From: Clostridia bacterium
GTDB lineage: Bacteria > Bacillota > Clostridia > Oscillospirales > CAG-382
Reading direction: 5' to 3'
Length of the DNA: 64,000 bases
Assembly: GCA_017521025.1 (NCBI GenBank)
Contig: JAFXEB010000009.1
Coordinates: 382-64,381 of the forward strand
Under the pieces are notes generated by a model. It saw only the letters and a list, made by a program, of their open reading frames with translations. It searched no databases and was not told the origin of the DNA. Shown here in pieces: positions 18,324 to 27,867 of this stretch. A program made the translations under genes and the position numbers. Numbering within the stretch: the first letter of the stretch is position 1; every line of letters begins with the position of its first letter.

Positions 18324-21300
18324 CTATTCACTCCAAAGGGGGACTGTAAGCTCATGCTCGCCCTCCTCAAGCATCAACGGAAAGCTCACAGCTCTGCCGT
18401 CATAGCTGAGCCTGCCGCCCCGCACTGCCCTGATGCGCAGTGTCCCCTTAAAGCTCAGGGTCATCTCGTATTCCATAAGGGGTCTCACTGTCAGAGCAGA
18501 GAAGCCGTCTCTCAGCTCTATCCCCATAAATACCTCAAGCACCGTCTTGCAAAACCATCCCGATGCCCCCGTGTAATGAGTCCAGCCGCCACGCCCCTTT
18601 TGCCCCTTCGCCATATAGATGTCCGCCGCAAGGCAGTAGGGCTCTACCTTGTATCCGGCAAACAACTCGCTGTTTTCGCCTCTAACCAAGGGATTAAGAG
18701 CAAATATCAGCTCCGATGCCTCCTTGTTTAAGCCGCACATAGCAAGAGCGGCACAAAACCACAGGGCGGCGTGAGTGTACTGACCGCCGTTTTCCCTTAC
18801 CCCCTTGGCGTAGGCGTTGATATAGCCTGCATATTCGGTGTCCTTCCCAAAGGGCGGCGAAAACAGCCTCAGCACCCTGTGACTGCTGTCATACAGCCTT
18901 TCATAGGCAGTTCTCAGGGCAATTCTGCACTTCTCTCTGTTCGCACCCGCAAACACCGCAAAGGCTTGAGACAGTATATCTATCTCGCAAGCCCCTCTGC
19001 CGTCCACACCAAGCGGAGTGCCCGTACCGATGTAGGCTCTGACAAATCGGTCGCCCACGAAGGCTTTTTCGGCTCTGTCTAAAAGCTCAGCCGCCTCTTT
19101 TCCGTATTCCTCCTCGCCGCTAAGTGCCGCAAAGCAACGAAGAGCGATAACCCTCAGAAAAGCGCAGAAAACGCTCTCAGCCTCCTCGGGCAGGGCAGAA
19201 AAAGCGTCATTCCAATCACAGCTACCCATAAGGGGCAGACCGTGCACCCCGTAGTGCCTTCCGTAGTCTATAGCCCGTCTGCAATGCTCCAAAAGGCTCT
19301 CCTTTTTCGCTGTTACCTCAGCCGCCTCGTATCTTTCACGCTCGTCCCCCAAGGGTGCAGAGTGCAGATAAGGTAGCTCTACCTCAAGCACAGAGCGGTC
19401 ACCCGTCTTTTCCACGTAATCCCATACCGCAATAGGCAGCCACAAAAAATCGTCACTGCATCGACTGCGTATCCCGTATATCCGCCCCTCACGCTTGCAG
19501 GGGTGCCACCAGTGCTGAACACAGCCTTCGGTATACTGCCTCGCCGCCGCCCTTAGCAAATGACAGCGCACGGTTTTCGGCATAGCGTAAACCAGATACA
19601 TACAGTCCTGAAGCTGGTCTCTGAAGCCATAAGCACCGCCGCTTTGATAAAAGGCGGCTCTGGCAAAGAAACGGCAAGCGGCTGTATCGTAGGGCGCAAA
19701 GGTGCAAAGCATAGCATCAAGGGCAGGGAAGGTGCGGGTAATTAAGGGAGGGAGCATGCTTTTAGCAAAGCCTACAGCGCTCGCCTTCTCCTTTTCGGTG
19801 CCTCTGCGTGCAAACAGCGCCGCTACGTTTTCACAGCCCTTTTTGCCCTGCGCTGCACCGATAAGGAACACAACAGTGCTCCCTCTCATCTTCACTGCAG
19901 CCACGTCCTCAGCGTCAGAGACAGCTCCAAGCAGCTCGCTTTCCGAGCTGTAAAGCTCCCCCTTGCCCAGGCACGCCACAAAGGCGTATTTCCCCTCAAA
20001 AAACGAGCTTGCGGGATTTGTAAAGCACTTACCCACTCCTCCGCAAAAGTCCATACGCTCCATTTTTACGCTCTTGCAGGGAAATACGCCCGATCCCATA
20101 AGCGGTGCCACCGAAAGGGCAACCTCTCCTTCCTTGCCGTCCTCAAAGCGTATCTCCACTGACTTTACGGGTAACTTGTGGCACACGAAAACAGTGACGG
20201 TGTACGCCCTGCCGCCTGCCTCACCTCTGTAGGTGGCAACTCCGTTTTCGTACCTCGCTGTGGAAGCGCAGGCTACCGCATCATATACCCTGCCGCCCTC
20301 CATAAGATACAGCACCTCGCCTCTGTCTGTGCCTCCGTAGGGGTCACAGCACGATGCAGATATGCGTCCAAGGGCGGCGTTCCCGTAAAAGCTGTAACCA
20401 AGGGTCGACTGAGTCACCACACTGCCAAAGCCTCTGCCTGCCAGCACGTAGGAAAAGGGCAATGCAAGTTCCTCGTCCTTGTCTGCCGTAAAGCTGTCCA
20501 CCTCGTAAACGCCGCCGCCTACTGCTCTGCCGCTAAGTCCCGGGGAGGGCGAATGTCTGCGGATAACAGGGGGCAGAGGCACAACGTGACATGCACTGTC
20601 TCCTTCTCCAAAGGGCGTGTCATAGCTTTCCGTAAAGCAAACGGCGGCATCCATAAAGAGCTTTACCGTTTTCACGTCTCTTCCATCGGCAAACATAATG
20701 CCGCCACGCTTGCCGATAAAGCCTTCGCACTTCATATCTGCCGCAATACGTGTTATAGAGCTTCTTATGTCGGATCTGTAGCTGTCCTCCTCACATACAA
20801 GAAAAACAAGCTCCATTCTTGTGCCAAGTGTCGCAATCCGTTTGAAAAAACCGATAAAAAACCTTGCGTCCTTCTCAAAAAACTCCCGTACAAGCACGGC
20901 TATTATGGGGTAATCGCCTGATACGCCGTGTGCCCATAAAGCTCCTTCTTTTGCGTATTCCGTTTCTGCAAAGCTCCGTCTGCCAAGGAGTATCCCCTCA
21001 AGCAATCGGTTCTCTCTGCCGCCGCAAATAGCGGTGCCGACCCCCTTGCCGCTTATCCTGCGGGACAGCACAAGTCTTTCCGCACATTCCTTCCTCGTGT
21101 GCCCCAAAGCAAGTATCAGTCTGCATTCTCCCCCCGCCAAGGGGGCGGTTTTTATCTGGCAAAAGGGAGTAACGCATACTCCCGTGCTCCCGCTGTGGCA
21201 GTCCTTCAGAAGCTCTCTTGCCGAGTATTGTGAGAAGGCGCCGTAGCTTTCCTTGCGGGTCTCAAAGCCAAATCCCACCTTGTCATCTGCCAGACCTACC

Positions 21301-24300
21301 GCCAAAAACAGCGAGCTTCGTCCGTCACGGCTGTTCTTGGTGTAGATCAAAGCGTTGAGGCTTTTGTCATACTCTGCGCTGATAAATAGGCGGTTAAAGG
21401 CGGGGTGGGCATAAAACTCTCTGTCCTCGCAAAGCTGTACATCAAAGCTGAAGCACATAGAATAGCTTTTTCTTCCGTCGCTTTTGCTTTCCACTACAAA
21501 ACAGCCGGCGCCGTCGGTAAAATACTTGACTCTGCCCGAAAACTCTGTGGTAGAGCAGATATGGGCGGCATATCCGTCTGCTCCCTCGAAGCTGTAGCCC
21601 TCGCCTCCACGCTCAGGCGTGGCGTAGTAAGCATCCTTCCCGTTGATAAAGGCAACGGAAAAACTGCGTGCAGTGCTGTGCCTGTCAAAATGGGTCTCGT
21701 TTACCGTAATATTTCCGTAAGAGAAACGTATGTGTCCAAGGCTGTCTGCACTGATAGACGCAGGCGGCTTGCCGCCTATATAGAATACCGTCTCGCCCGA
21801 GCTTAACACCGTGCTTTTTCCTCCGCTTGGAATACGCAAAGGCTCTCTTTTCTTCTCAGGTGCGCTCTTTTTCGTGGCGTGGATGGGTGCCCCCACGGGT
21901 ATCTTTTCCTGCAACAGCTCGTAAAAGGCGCCCGTAGCAGGGTGGTTCATAAACCGCTTGACAAAAACTCCGTCAAAGCAGGCGTTGGCAAGGGCAATAA
22001 GGCTCATACCCATATGATGTGCCATATAGCTCTGAATAACAGCGCCGCCCTTTTCCTTAACAGTAAAGTCGATAGCCTCATACAGTCCGTATCTTCCTGC
22101 CATTCCTGCCTCCTCGTAAGCGCCGAGTGCTGCAATAGCCGCTTTGGGCGCAAGGCAAAGGCTAAGATAAACAGAGTAGGGTGACAGTATATTTTCCCTG
22201 CTCTTGTATCTGCACAGCGCAAGGCTTTGCACTCCGTGGGCCTTATATTGATAATTCATCTCGCTGTCAAAGCAGTAATAGGCGCTCTCCGAACAGCCCC
22301 ATAGCCTGCCTGACGAATGGCGCATCTGCTGTGATAAAGCAAATACAAGGCTTTCGTAAATAAAGCTGTTCTTATACAGGGGCAGAAACAACTGGGGCAT
22401 CAAAAATTCAAAGGCGGTGCCTGACCAGCTTGCCATGCCGATATGCCTTGCATTTCCTATCAGAGGTCTGCCAAGGGTCCTCCAATGCTTTAGGGGGACC
22501 TGCCCCGTTGCCACCGCAAAATAAGAGGTGCTCCTCGCCTCGCTCATAAAAAGGTCATAGCAAATATCAGAAAGCGCCCCCGTTTTTCCGTCTGCCCCCA
22601 GAGCAAACAGATTCCTCTCCCCATTGTACAAGGCACTGAAGTCTGCGCCTCTGTAAAGCCGCTCCACCCTTTCGCCTAAGGCAGCCCTGCCACTGCTGTA
22701 CAAAAATCTTGACAAAGCAAGCAGGCATACGCAAAAGTTGCCGCTATCTACGGTAGATACGTAGCCGCCGCCTATGGGTGCGGTAGGGGAGAGGGAATAC
22801 CAGTTGTAAAGGTGCCCCTTCCACTTCTCCAGCCTTTCTATAGAGCCGACAGCGTTCTCAAGTCGCTTTTCAGTCTCATCGCCGGTTATTAAGCCAAAAT
22901 CCTCTGCCGCCACTACAGACAGCAGATAAAGCCCTATATTAGTAGGGGATGTGCGCATAGCAACAGCCTCCACAGGTGAGAGCTGAATGTTATCCGGCGG
23001 TAGCCAATCCGTAGCTGCCCCCACGTTTTCCTCGAAAAATTTCCATATAGGCAAAGCCCTTTTGAAAAGCAGCCGTCTCTCCCTCTGGGATATATACGCC
23101 TTTTCCTTTCTCCTTACAGAAATAGCAAAGGCATATAGTGGTGCCATAAACCATATAAGCCCCAACAGCCTTGTTACCCAAAGAGAAGAAAGGAAAAAGC
23201 AAACAGTACCCACAAGAGCAGAGGGCAAAAACCTCAGTATATAGCCTCCAAGCTCCGACGCCTCCTTTTTTTCTGTCTGCGCCGCAGTGACCCAGCTCAA
23301 CAGCCTCTTTCGCCTGATAAGTCTGTACACTGCCTTAGTGAAAGCGTCAATCGTCAAAAGTCCCTTGTAGCACAGGGTGCTAAACTCAAAAAACACTGTA
23401 CGCAGGCTTTGCACCGCCCCATCCTCCACCGAGGAGAAAAAACGCCTCGCACGGAACTTCAGCGCCGCAGGTCTGCTTATAAAGGTGTAAAGTAAAGGCG
23501 ACAGCATATTAATAAGGGCAAAAAAGCACGCCCATAGTCCTTTTCCGCCGTGGACAAAAAAGCCTGCAAAAACAAGTGTCAACAACGAAAACACAGGGCA
23601 AAGATGGCGTAGCACGTTCATAACGATACGCCCACCGCCACGAAAACCCTGCCCGTAGCCGAAAATCAGCGACAGGTTCTGCACGTCACCTCTTATCCAA
23701 CGGTGCAGTCTTGAAAAATAGCCTGCCACCCCCGTAGGCACGCTGTCCGTAAAGCAAAGGTCTGCAACATACCTTGTGCGCAGGATGTTTCCCTCGGGCA
23801 TATCGTGGCTCAATACACGCTCTGCGGGCAAAGCGCCATCGAGAAGCGCTGAATACAAGGCTATGTCGATAATACCCTTGCCGCAAAATATCCCCTCGCC
23901 AAAAACGCTCTGATGTCGGTCAAAGGCGGCGCTTTCGTATACCTCAATACCGCCTGCGCCTGTCAACAGCTCGGAAAAACGGCTCTTTTTCTCGGTGCTG
24001 AGGCAAGGCTTTACAGCAGGCTGAATAATGCCGTAGCCTGAGCATACCCTGCCTCCCCTGAGCTTTGGACGGTTAAGGGGGTGTAGCATCATCCCGGTCA
24101 GTACCGCCGCCCCCTCAGGCGGCAGTCGGGTGTCGCCGTCCAGCGTCAGCAGATATTTAACGCCCCTGCAGTCCGCCCCCAAGGCTAAGGCAAAGGGAGA
24201 CCTTGCGCCCCTGAGATGCCGTACGAGGTCCTCTATCGCACCTCTTTTCCTCTCTCTGCCGCTGAAGGTGCCGTCTCTGTTTTCTACCCTCGGTCTGATA

Positions 24301-25412
24301 AACAGGCAAAAACGGTCGCCAAAACGCCCTTTCAGACTCTCAAGCCGCCCCACGGCGCCTTTTATAAGGCTCTCGTCATCCTCGCTCTTTTCCGTTTTGC
24401 AAGGGGGCAGGTCAGCAAGCACGCCAAAATAAAAGCCATCGTTCTTATTAGTGTGATAAAGTCCCTCAAGCTGTTCAAAAACCTTGTCATCATCACCAAG
24501 CAGTGTTGTTATCACCGTCAGCGTAAGGTCGCCCCTCGGTAGCTTCCTCGGGTCAATGGCGGGGCAGGGCTCAGCTCTGCCGAAAAACGAGAACAAAAAA
24601 TCCCCAAGCCCCAAGGCGAATGCCCCCAAGGGCAGTATAAGCAAAAGCGTCAGCCAACCTCCGCAAAGCCGCCACGCTACCCCTGCGGACAGCGCAAATA
24701 CAAGCCCCACCGTAAGCAGGTAGAAAAGGGAAGACATCCGCCTTTCCACCCCTAAAACTGTGCCTATACAGCAGCCACGCCTTGCCGCCTCCTTCTCTGC
24801 CGCAAGCACCGCATCCGTCTCTGCAAGCCTCTGCCTGTGGCTGTATCGCCTCAGCGCCCTTCTGTAAAGCGCCCTCGTGGCATCGGTCATGGCGCTGTAG
24901 CCGTCTTCTCTTTCCTCAAGCAGCCTTTCTGCAACAGAAAGTCTGCTGTGCAAGGAGCTGAAATCCGTTATCTCCGCCTTCTTCAGCATCAAAAACGCTC
25001 CACGCAGCCTCCCTATACCAAGACTTTTGTCCTTTATAGCCGCCTCGCATACAAGTCCCGTTTCAAGTATTGCGGCTGCGCATATCAGGCTTTTCAGCAT
25101 ATCTGTTTCCGCCGTACTGCAATCGTACCCGTCGAGAGCACGGCTTATGTCCTCCTTTGTACATACAAAGCCGTTCTTTTTAAAGTGCTCCCATAACGCA
25201 CTGAACGCTTGTGGCACCCCGTTCCTCGATGGTAGCCTATTAAGTCTTCCGTAGTCTTTCTCGGCTTCTGCTATTTTCCGCCTGTAGTAATAGGCGTTAT
25301 CGGCTACAAAGCCAGGCACCCCGCCCAAAGGCTCCTGCCTGCCAAGCCTTTCCGCCTTAAGTATGTGCACTGCCGCCCTTTTAAGCTCTTTAATAAAACG
25401 CTTTGCCTGCAT
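18324..25412 (-). CDS. Cyclic beta-1,2-glucan synthase-like giant membrane protein (2362 aa) with a glycosyltransferase region, a central (alpha/alpha)6-type domain and a GH94 phosphorylase-like C-terminus
   Basis: The architecture resembles Cgs/NdvB/ChvB:
- A cytoplasmic N-terminal region.
- Transmembrane helices.
- A GT region with LTLDGDTRLPPEG and a later RWIRGD.
- Several more transmembrane helices.
- A segment WLPPDNIQLSP...RTSPTNIGLYLLS.
- A C-terminal GH94-like region (GGAYGFRDQLQD, VQHWWHP, GSCDWNDA, GGQYTHAA). Confidence 0.8.
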   Translation of the reverse strand: MQAKRFIKELKRAAVHILKAERLGRQEPLGGVPGFVADNAYYYRRKIAEAEKDYGRLNRLPSRNGVPQAFSALWEHFKKNGFVCTKEDISRALDGYDCSTAETDMLKSLICAAAILETGLVCEAAIKDKSLGIGRLRGAFLMLKKAEITDFSSLHSRLSVAERLLEEREDGYSAMTDATRALYRRALRRYSHRQRLAETDAVLAAEKEAARRGCCIGTVLGVERRMSSLFYLLTVGLVFALSAGVAWRLCGGWLTLLLILPLGAFALGLGDFLFSFFGRAEPCPAIDPRKLPRGDLTLTVITTLLGDDDKVFEQLEGLYHTNKNDGFYFGVLADLPPCKTEKSEDDESLIKGAVGRLESLKGRFGDRFCLFIRPRVENRDGTFSGRERKRGAIEDLVRHLRGARSPFALALGADCRGVKYLLTLDGDTRLPPEGAAVLTGMMLHPLNRPKLRGGRVCSGYGIIQPAVKPCLSTEKKSRFSELLTGAGGIEVYESAAFDRHQSVFGEGIFCGKGIIDIALYSALLDGALPAERVLSHDMPEGNILRTRYVADLCFTDSVPTGVAGYFSRLHRWIRGDVQNLSLIFGYGQGFRGGGRIVMNVLRHLCPVFSLLTLVFAGFFVHGGKGLWACFFALINMLSPLLYTFISRPAALKFRARRFFSSVEDGAVQSLRTVFFEFSTLCYKGLLTIDAFTKAVYRLIRRKRLLSWVTAAQTEKKEASELGGYILRFLPSALVGTVCFFLSSLWVTRLLGLIWFMAPLYAFAISVRRKEKAYISQRERRLLFKRALPIWKFFEENVGAATDWLPPDNIQLSPVEAVAMRTSPTNIGLYLLSVVAAEDFGLITGDETEKRLENAVGSIERLEKWKGHLYNWYSLSPTAPIGGGYVSTVDSGNFCVCLLALSRFLYSSGRAALGERVERLYRGADFSALYNGERNLFALGADGKTGALSDICYDLFMSEARSTSYFAVATGQVPLKHWRTLGRPLIGNARHIGMASWSGTAFEFLMPQLFLPLYKNSFIYESLVFALSQQMRHSSGRLWGCSESAYYCFDSEMNYQYKAHGVQSLALCRYKSRENILSPYSVYLSLCLAPKAAIAALGAYEEAGMAGRYGLYEAIDFTVKEKGGAVIQSYMAHHMGMSLIALANACFDGVFVKRFMNHPATGAFYELLQEKIPVGAPIHATKKSAPEKKREPLRIPSGGKSTVLSSGETVFYIGGKPPASISADSLGHIRFSYGNITVNETHFDRHSTARSFSVAFINGKDAYYATPERGGEGYSFEGADGYAAHICSTTEFSGRVKYFTDGAGCFVVESKSDGRKSYSMCFSFDVQLCEDREFYAHPAFNRLFISAEYDKSLNALIYTKNSRDGRSSLFLAVGLADDKVGFGFETRKESYGAFSQYSARELLKDCHSGSTGVCVTPFCQIKTAPLAGGECRLILALGHTRKECAERLVLSRRISGKGVGTAICGGRENRLLEGILLGRRSFAETEYAKEGALWAHGVSGDYPIIAVLVREFFEKDARFFIGFFKRIATLGTRMELVFLVCEEDSYRSDIRSSITRIAADMKCEGFIGKRGGIMFADGRDVKTVKLFMDAAVCFTESYDTPFGEGDSACHVVPLPPVIRRHSPSPGLSGRAVGGGVYEVDSFTADKDEELALPFSYVLAGRGFGSVVTQSTLGYSFYGNAALGRISASCCDPYGGTDRGEVLYLMEGGRVYDAVACASTARYENGVATYRGEAGGRAYTVTVFVCHKLPVKSVEIRFEDGKEGEVALSVAPLMGSGVFPCKSVKMERMDFCGGVGKCFTNPASSFFEGKYAFVACLGKGELYSSESELLGAVSDAEDVAAVKMRGSTVVFLIGAAQGKKGCENVAALFARRGTEKEKASAVGFAKSMLPPLITRTFPALDAMLCTFAPYDTAACRFFARAAFYQSGGAYGFRDQLQDCMYLVYAMPKTVRCHLLRAAARQYTEGCVQHWWHPCKREGRIYGIRSRCSDDFLWLPIAVWDYVEKTGDRSVLEVELPYLHSAPLGDERERYEAAEVTAKKESLLEHCRRAIDYGRHYGVHGLPLMGSCDWNDAFSALPEEAESVFCAFLRVIALRCFAALSGEEEYGKEAAELLDRAEKAFVGDRFVRAYIGTGTPLGVDGRGACEIDILSQAFAVFAGANREKCRIALRTAYERLYDSSHRVLRLFSPPFGKDTEYAGYINAYAKGVRENGGQYTHAALWFCAALAMCGLNKEASELIFALNPLVRGENSELFAGYKVEPYCLAADIYMAKGQKGRGGWTHYTGASGWFCKTVLEVFMGIELRDGFSALTVRPLMEYEMTLSFKGTLRIRAVRGGRLSYDGRAVSFPLMLEEGEHELTVPLWSE

Positions 25413-25419
25413 ATTATTG

Positions 25420-25477
25420 TCCTCCGTATAAAACCGCTTGTGTTAGTATTTTCCATAACCGCTGTTTTTATACGGAG
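25420..25477 (-). promoter_or_regulatory. 5'-UTR hairpin that partly sequesters the Shine-Dalgarno sequence of the glucan synthase-like gene
   Basis: In the mRNA, CUCCGUAUAAAA (complement of 25477-25466) pairs perfectly over 12 bp with UUUUAUACGGAG (complement of 25433-25422). The 3' arm runs into GGAGGA (SD, complement of 25425-25420), 7 nt before the ATG at 25412. Confidence 0.5.
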
Positions 25478-25481
25478 CAAA

Positions 25482-25520
25482 CAAAAAAGCGGAAGAGCGC
25501 TTTCTTGCCGCCCTTCCGCT
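25482..25520 (-). terminator. Terminator after the SGNH hydrolase gene
   Basis: agcggaag...cttccgct (25488-25520), followed on the minus strand by TTTTTT (complement of 25482-25487). Confidence 0.75.
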
Positions 25521-25532
25521 GTATCAGTGTCT

Positions 25533-26630
25533 TTACTTGTCGCCGTATATCTTCTCAAGCACCTTCATAACCGCCTTCGCCATAAAGCTGAAGCCTAAAT
25601 CATTGGGGTGACTGCCATCCACAGTGCAAAACTCCCTCCACTCCTCGGGGAAAAGGGTCTCGCCGCCGATAAAGTATACGTTTTTGTCTCCTGCGGCAAG
25701 CGCCTCGTTATAGGTTTTTACAATAACCTGCCGCCTTGCATCCGTCTGCTCCTTGCCAACGGAATATCCCATCGGTCTGCTCATAAAGATAATGGGCATA
25801 TCGGGGTTTTTCTTCCTTACTATCTCGTAAAAAGGCTTGTGGGTCGCAGCGAGATGCTCAACCGTAGGTGCGTTGTGGTCATAGTCATATACAAACACCT
25901 CAGGGTGAAGATCTGCAATAAACTCGCCTATCTCAGGCTCGCCCTTGGCGTTGCCCGAAAAGCCAAGATTATACACGTCGCAGTCCATCATCCTGCTTAT
26001 CATACCGTCATAGGAGGTACCTGAACGGCAGGCGCATCCCCCCTGAGTGATAGAGGAGCCGTAAAACATAACCATACCGTGGGTATAGGGCGTAGGCGCC
26101 ACAAGGCTGCTGCACTCGTCTATCCCTATATATATCTCTGAAATACCGCCGTAAAGGGGCAGGGTAACGGTAATATCCCTTAGCTCCTTGGTGTACTCCT
26201 CGCCTATATGAACCACGTTGCAGCCGTCCTCAAACCATTCATCCTCAACACGTATGGGCGCACACATCTTCATAAACTTACTGTTCTTGCCACGGCCCAC
26301 GTAAATGTCACAGCCTGTAGAGCCTGAGAGGGGCATATGGCGCATATAAAAGGTGTTAAGCCTTTTAGCCCTTATCGCAACAAAGGGCGAATCCGTGCGG
26401 AACCTTATTCTGCCGCCTGCGGTATAACGGGACAGAATCTCTATAGATGGGTTGATTTTAGAAAGCTCAAGAGGCAGTCTGCCAAACACCCCGTCCTCAC
26501 CCTTGTGGTAAAGACCGCATATCTCTGCCTCGCAATCTGTAGCGTCGTACAGCTTTATCGTAGGGAAACGCTTTGTAAGCTCAGGTGATGCCGCAAAATT
26601 CTTGTCTATTTTCTCAATATGTAAGCTCAT
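25533..26630 (-). CDS. SGNH/GDSL-type hydrolase (365 aa) with an N-terminal beta-rich domain
   Basis: Block I is FYGSSITQGG (Ser nucleophile), followed by a GFSGNA block and the C-terminal DGSHPND (Asp-x-x-His). Confidence 0.75.
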   Translation of the reverse strand: MSLHIEKIDKNFAASPELTKRFPTIKLYDATDCEAEICGLYHKGEDGVFGRLPLELSKINPSIEILSRYTAGGRIRFRTDSPFVAIRAKRLNTFYMRHMPLSGSTGCDIYVGRGKNSKFMKMCAPIRVEDEWFEDGCNVVHIGEEYTKELRDITVTLPLYGGISEIYIGIDECSSLVAPTPYTHGMVMFYGSSITQGGCACRSGTSYDGMISRMMDCDVYNLGFSGNAKGEPEIGEFIADLHPEVFVYDYDHNAPTVEHLAATHKPFYEIVRKKNPDMPIIFMSRPMGYSVGKEQTDARRQVIVKTYNEALAAGDKNVYFIGGETLFPEEWREFCTVDGSHPNDLGFSFMAKAVMKVLEKIYGDK

Positions 26631-27265
26631 TTTCCTGCCGCCTTTCTCATATATGGATTACGTATTCTTTCATCAGATAAGGTAGTTTCTCTGTCATGTC
26701 CGGGGAAAACCGCATAGTCGCAGGGCATTTTGTACAGCAGTCTCAACGATGCCATCATAGCCTGCGGGTCGCCGCCCTGAAAATCCGTTCTGCCCATGCC
26801 GCCGCAGAAAAGGGTATCGCCCGTAAACAGCATATCCTCAAAGAGATAACACACCGAGCCCTCTGTGTGCCCGGGAGTGTGTATAACCTCAAAATCAAAG
26901 CCGCAAAGGCTTACGTGCCTGTCCTTGGCACCAAACACCACGTCTGCATCCTTAAAGGGCCATGGGTCCTCGGGGAGCATAGCCGCAATCAGGTCTTTAG
27001 TCTTGAGCCTGTGGGCGTCCAGCTCGTGAATAGCTACCACCGTTTTCTCCGTCCTCAGCCTGTCAAGGGCAAGTATGTGGTCAAAATGCCCGTGGGTCAG
27101 CAGTATCAGGGCAGGGAAGGCGTCCATATCGTGTAGTATGCTCTTTAGGAGTGTAGCGTCAGCGCCCGGGTCGATAACCACGGCACCACGCTTGCCGTCC
27201 TCTTTTAATATATAGCAGTTGGTCATTAGCGGACCTACTACCACCCTCTTGATCTTATAGTGCAT
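26627..27265 (-). CDS. MBL-fold metallo-hydrolase (glyoxalase II-like)
   Basis: It carries the THGHFDH motif, later HTPGHTEGS, and PGHD near the C-terminus. I placed the start at the ATG at 27265 (MHYKIK) after gaggtg. The track ORF starts at a GTG five codons upstream. Confidence 0.85.
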   Translation of the reverse strand: MHYKIKRVVVGPLMTNCYILKEDGKRGAVVIDPGADATLLKSILHDMDAFPALILLTHGHFDHILALDRLRTEKTVVAIHELDAHRLKTKDLIAAMLPEDPWPFKDADVVFGAKDRHVSLCGFDFEVIHTPGHTEGSVCYLFEDMLFTGDTLFCGGMGRTDFQGGDPQAMMASLRLLYKMPCDYAVFPGHDRETTLSDERIRNPYMRKAAGK

Positions 27266-27394
27266 CAAATCACCTCTCACTTTTGATTATAGCACATAAC
27301 ACTTGGGCAGGTAAAGAGTTTTTTACAAAATTAAGGTATAAAATTCCACCTTGCCGTCCAAACTATAAAGGAAATCAAAAAAGGAGGACACCCC

Positions 27395-27568
27395 ATGACC
27401 GAAAAAGAACTTCAGTACGTGGACGATGCGCTTGCCCACGCCCAATTCCTCAAGACCCAGTGTGACGACACCGCCGCCAAGCTTTCCGATATGGAGCTGA
27501 AAAGCTTCGTGAGTCAGCTGTCAAGCAAGCATCAGCAGATATTCGGCAGCTTTTATAATTTACTTTAA
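27395..27568 (+). CDS. Small 57-aa protein co-transcribed with the CotF-like gene (absent from the ORF track because it is under 60 aa)
   Basis: The ATG at 27395 lies 6 nt after the strong SD aaggagga. Translation: MTEKELQYVDDALAHAQFLKTQCDDTAAKLSDMELKSFVSQLSSKHQQIFGSFYNLL. The stop is at 27566-27568. The next gene starts 15 nt later behind its own aaggagga. Confidence 0.7.
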   Translation: MTEKELQYVDDALAHAQFLKTQCDDTAAKLSDMELKSFVSQLSSKHQQIFGSFYNLL

Positions 27569-27582
27569 GGAGGACAAAGGCT

Positions 27583-27828
27583 ATGGATGACAAAAAGCTT
27601 ATGGAGACCATGCTTTACGCAGTAAAGGGCACCTGCGACCTGTATCTTCACGGCGCAATCGAGTCCTCAACAGGCAATGTTCACGGCGCATTTGCAGGCG
27701 CTCTGGATGAGGCGCTGGAGATACAGAATCAGATATACTCCAAAATGAGCGCAAAGGGCTGGTACAAGACAGAGCAGGCACCCCAGAATAAAATCACTCA
27801 GACCGCAAACAAGTTCTGCTGTCAGTAA
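27583..27828 (+). CDS. Spore coat protein F-like (Coat_F domain, 81 aa)
   Basis: The stretch LMETMLYAVKGTCDLYLHGAIES..N..V...F...LDE.LEIQNQIYSKMSAKGWY matches my recollection of the Coat_F pattern. Confidence 0.7.
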   Translation: MDDKKLMETMLYAVKGTCDLYLHGAIESSTGNVHGAFAGALDEALEIQNQIYSKMSAKGWYKTEQAPQNKITQTANKFCCQ

Positions 27829-27837
27829 CACGGCAAA

Positions 27838-27867
27838 GCAAAGGCGAGGCTTTATTGAGCCTCGCCT
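27838..27867. repeat. Copy 1 of an identical 30-nt terminator-like module
   Basis: gcaaaggcgaggctttattgagcctcgcct contains the hairpin aggcgaggc/gcctcgcct. An identical copy lies at 28121-28150. Confidence 0.9.
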
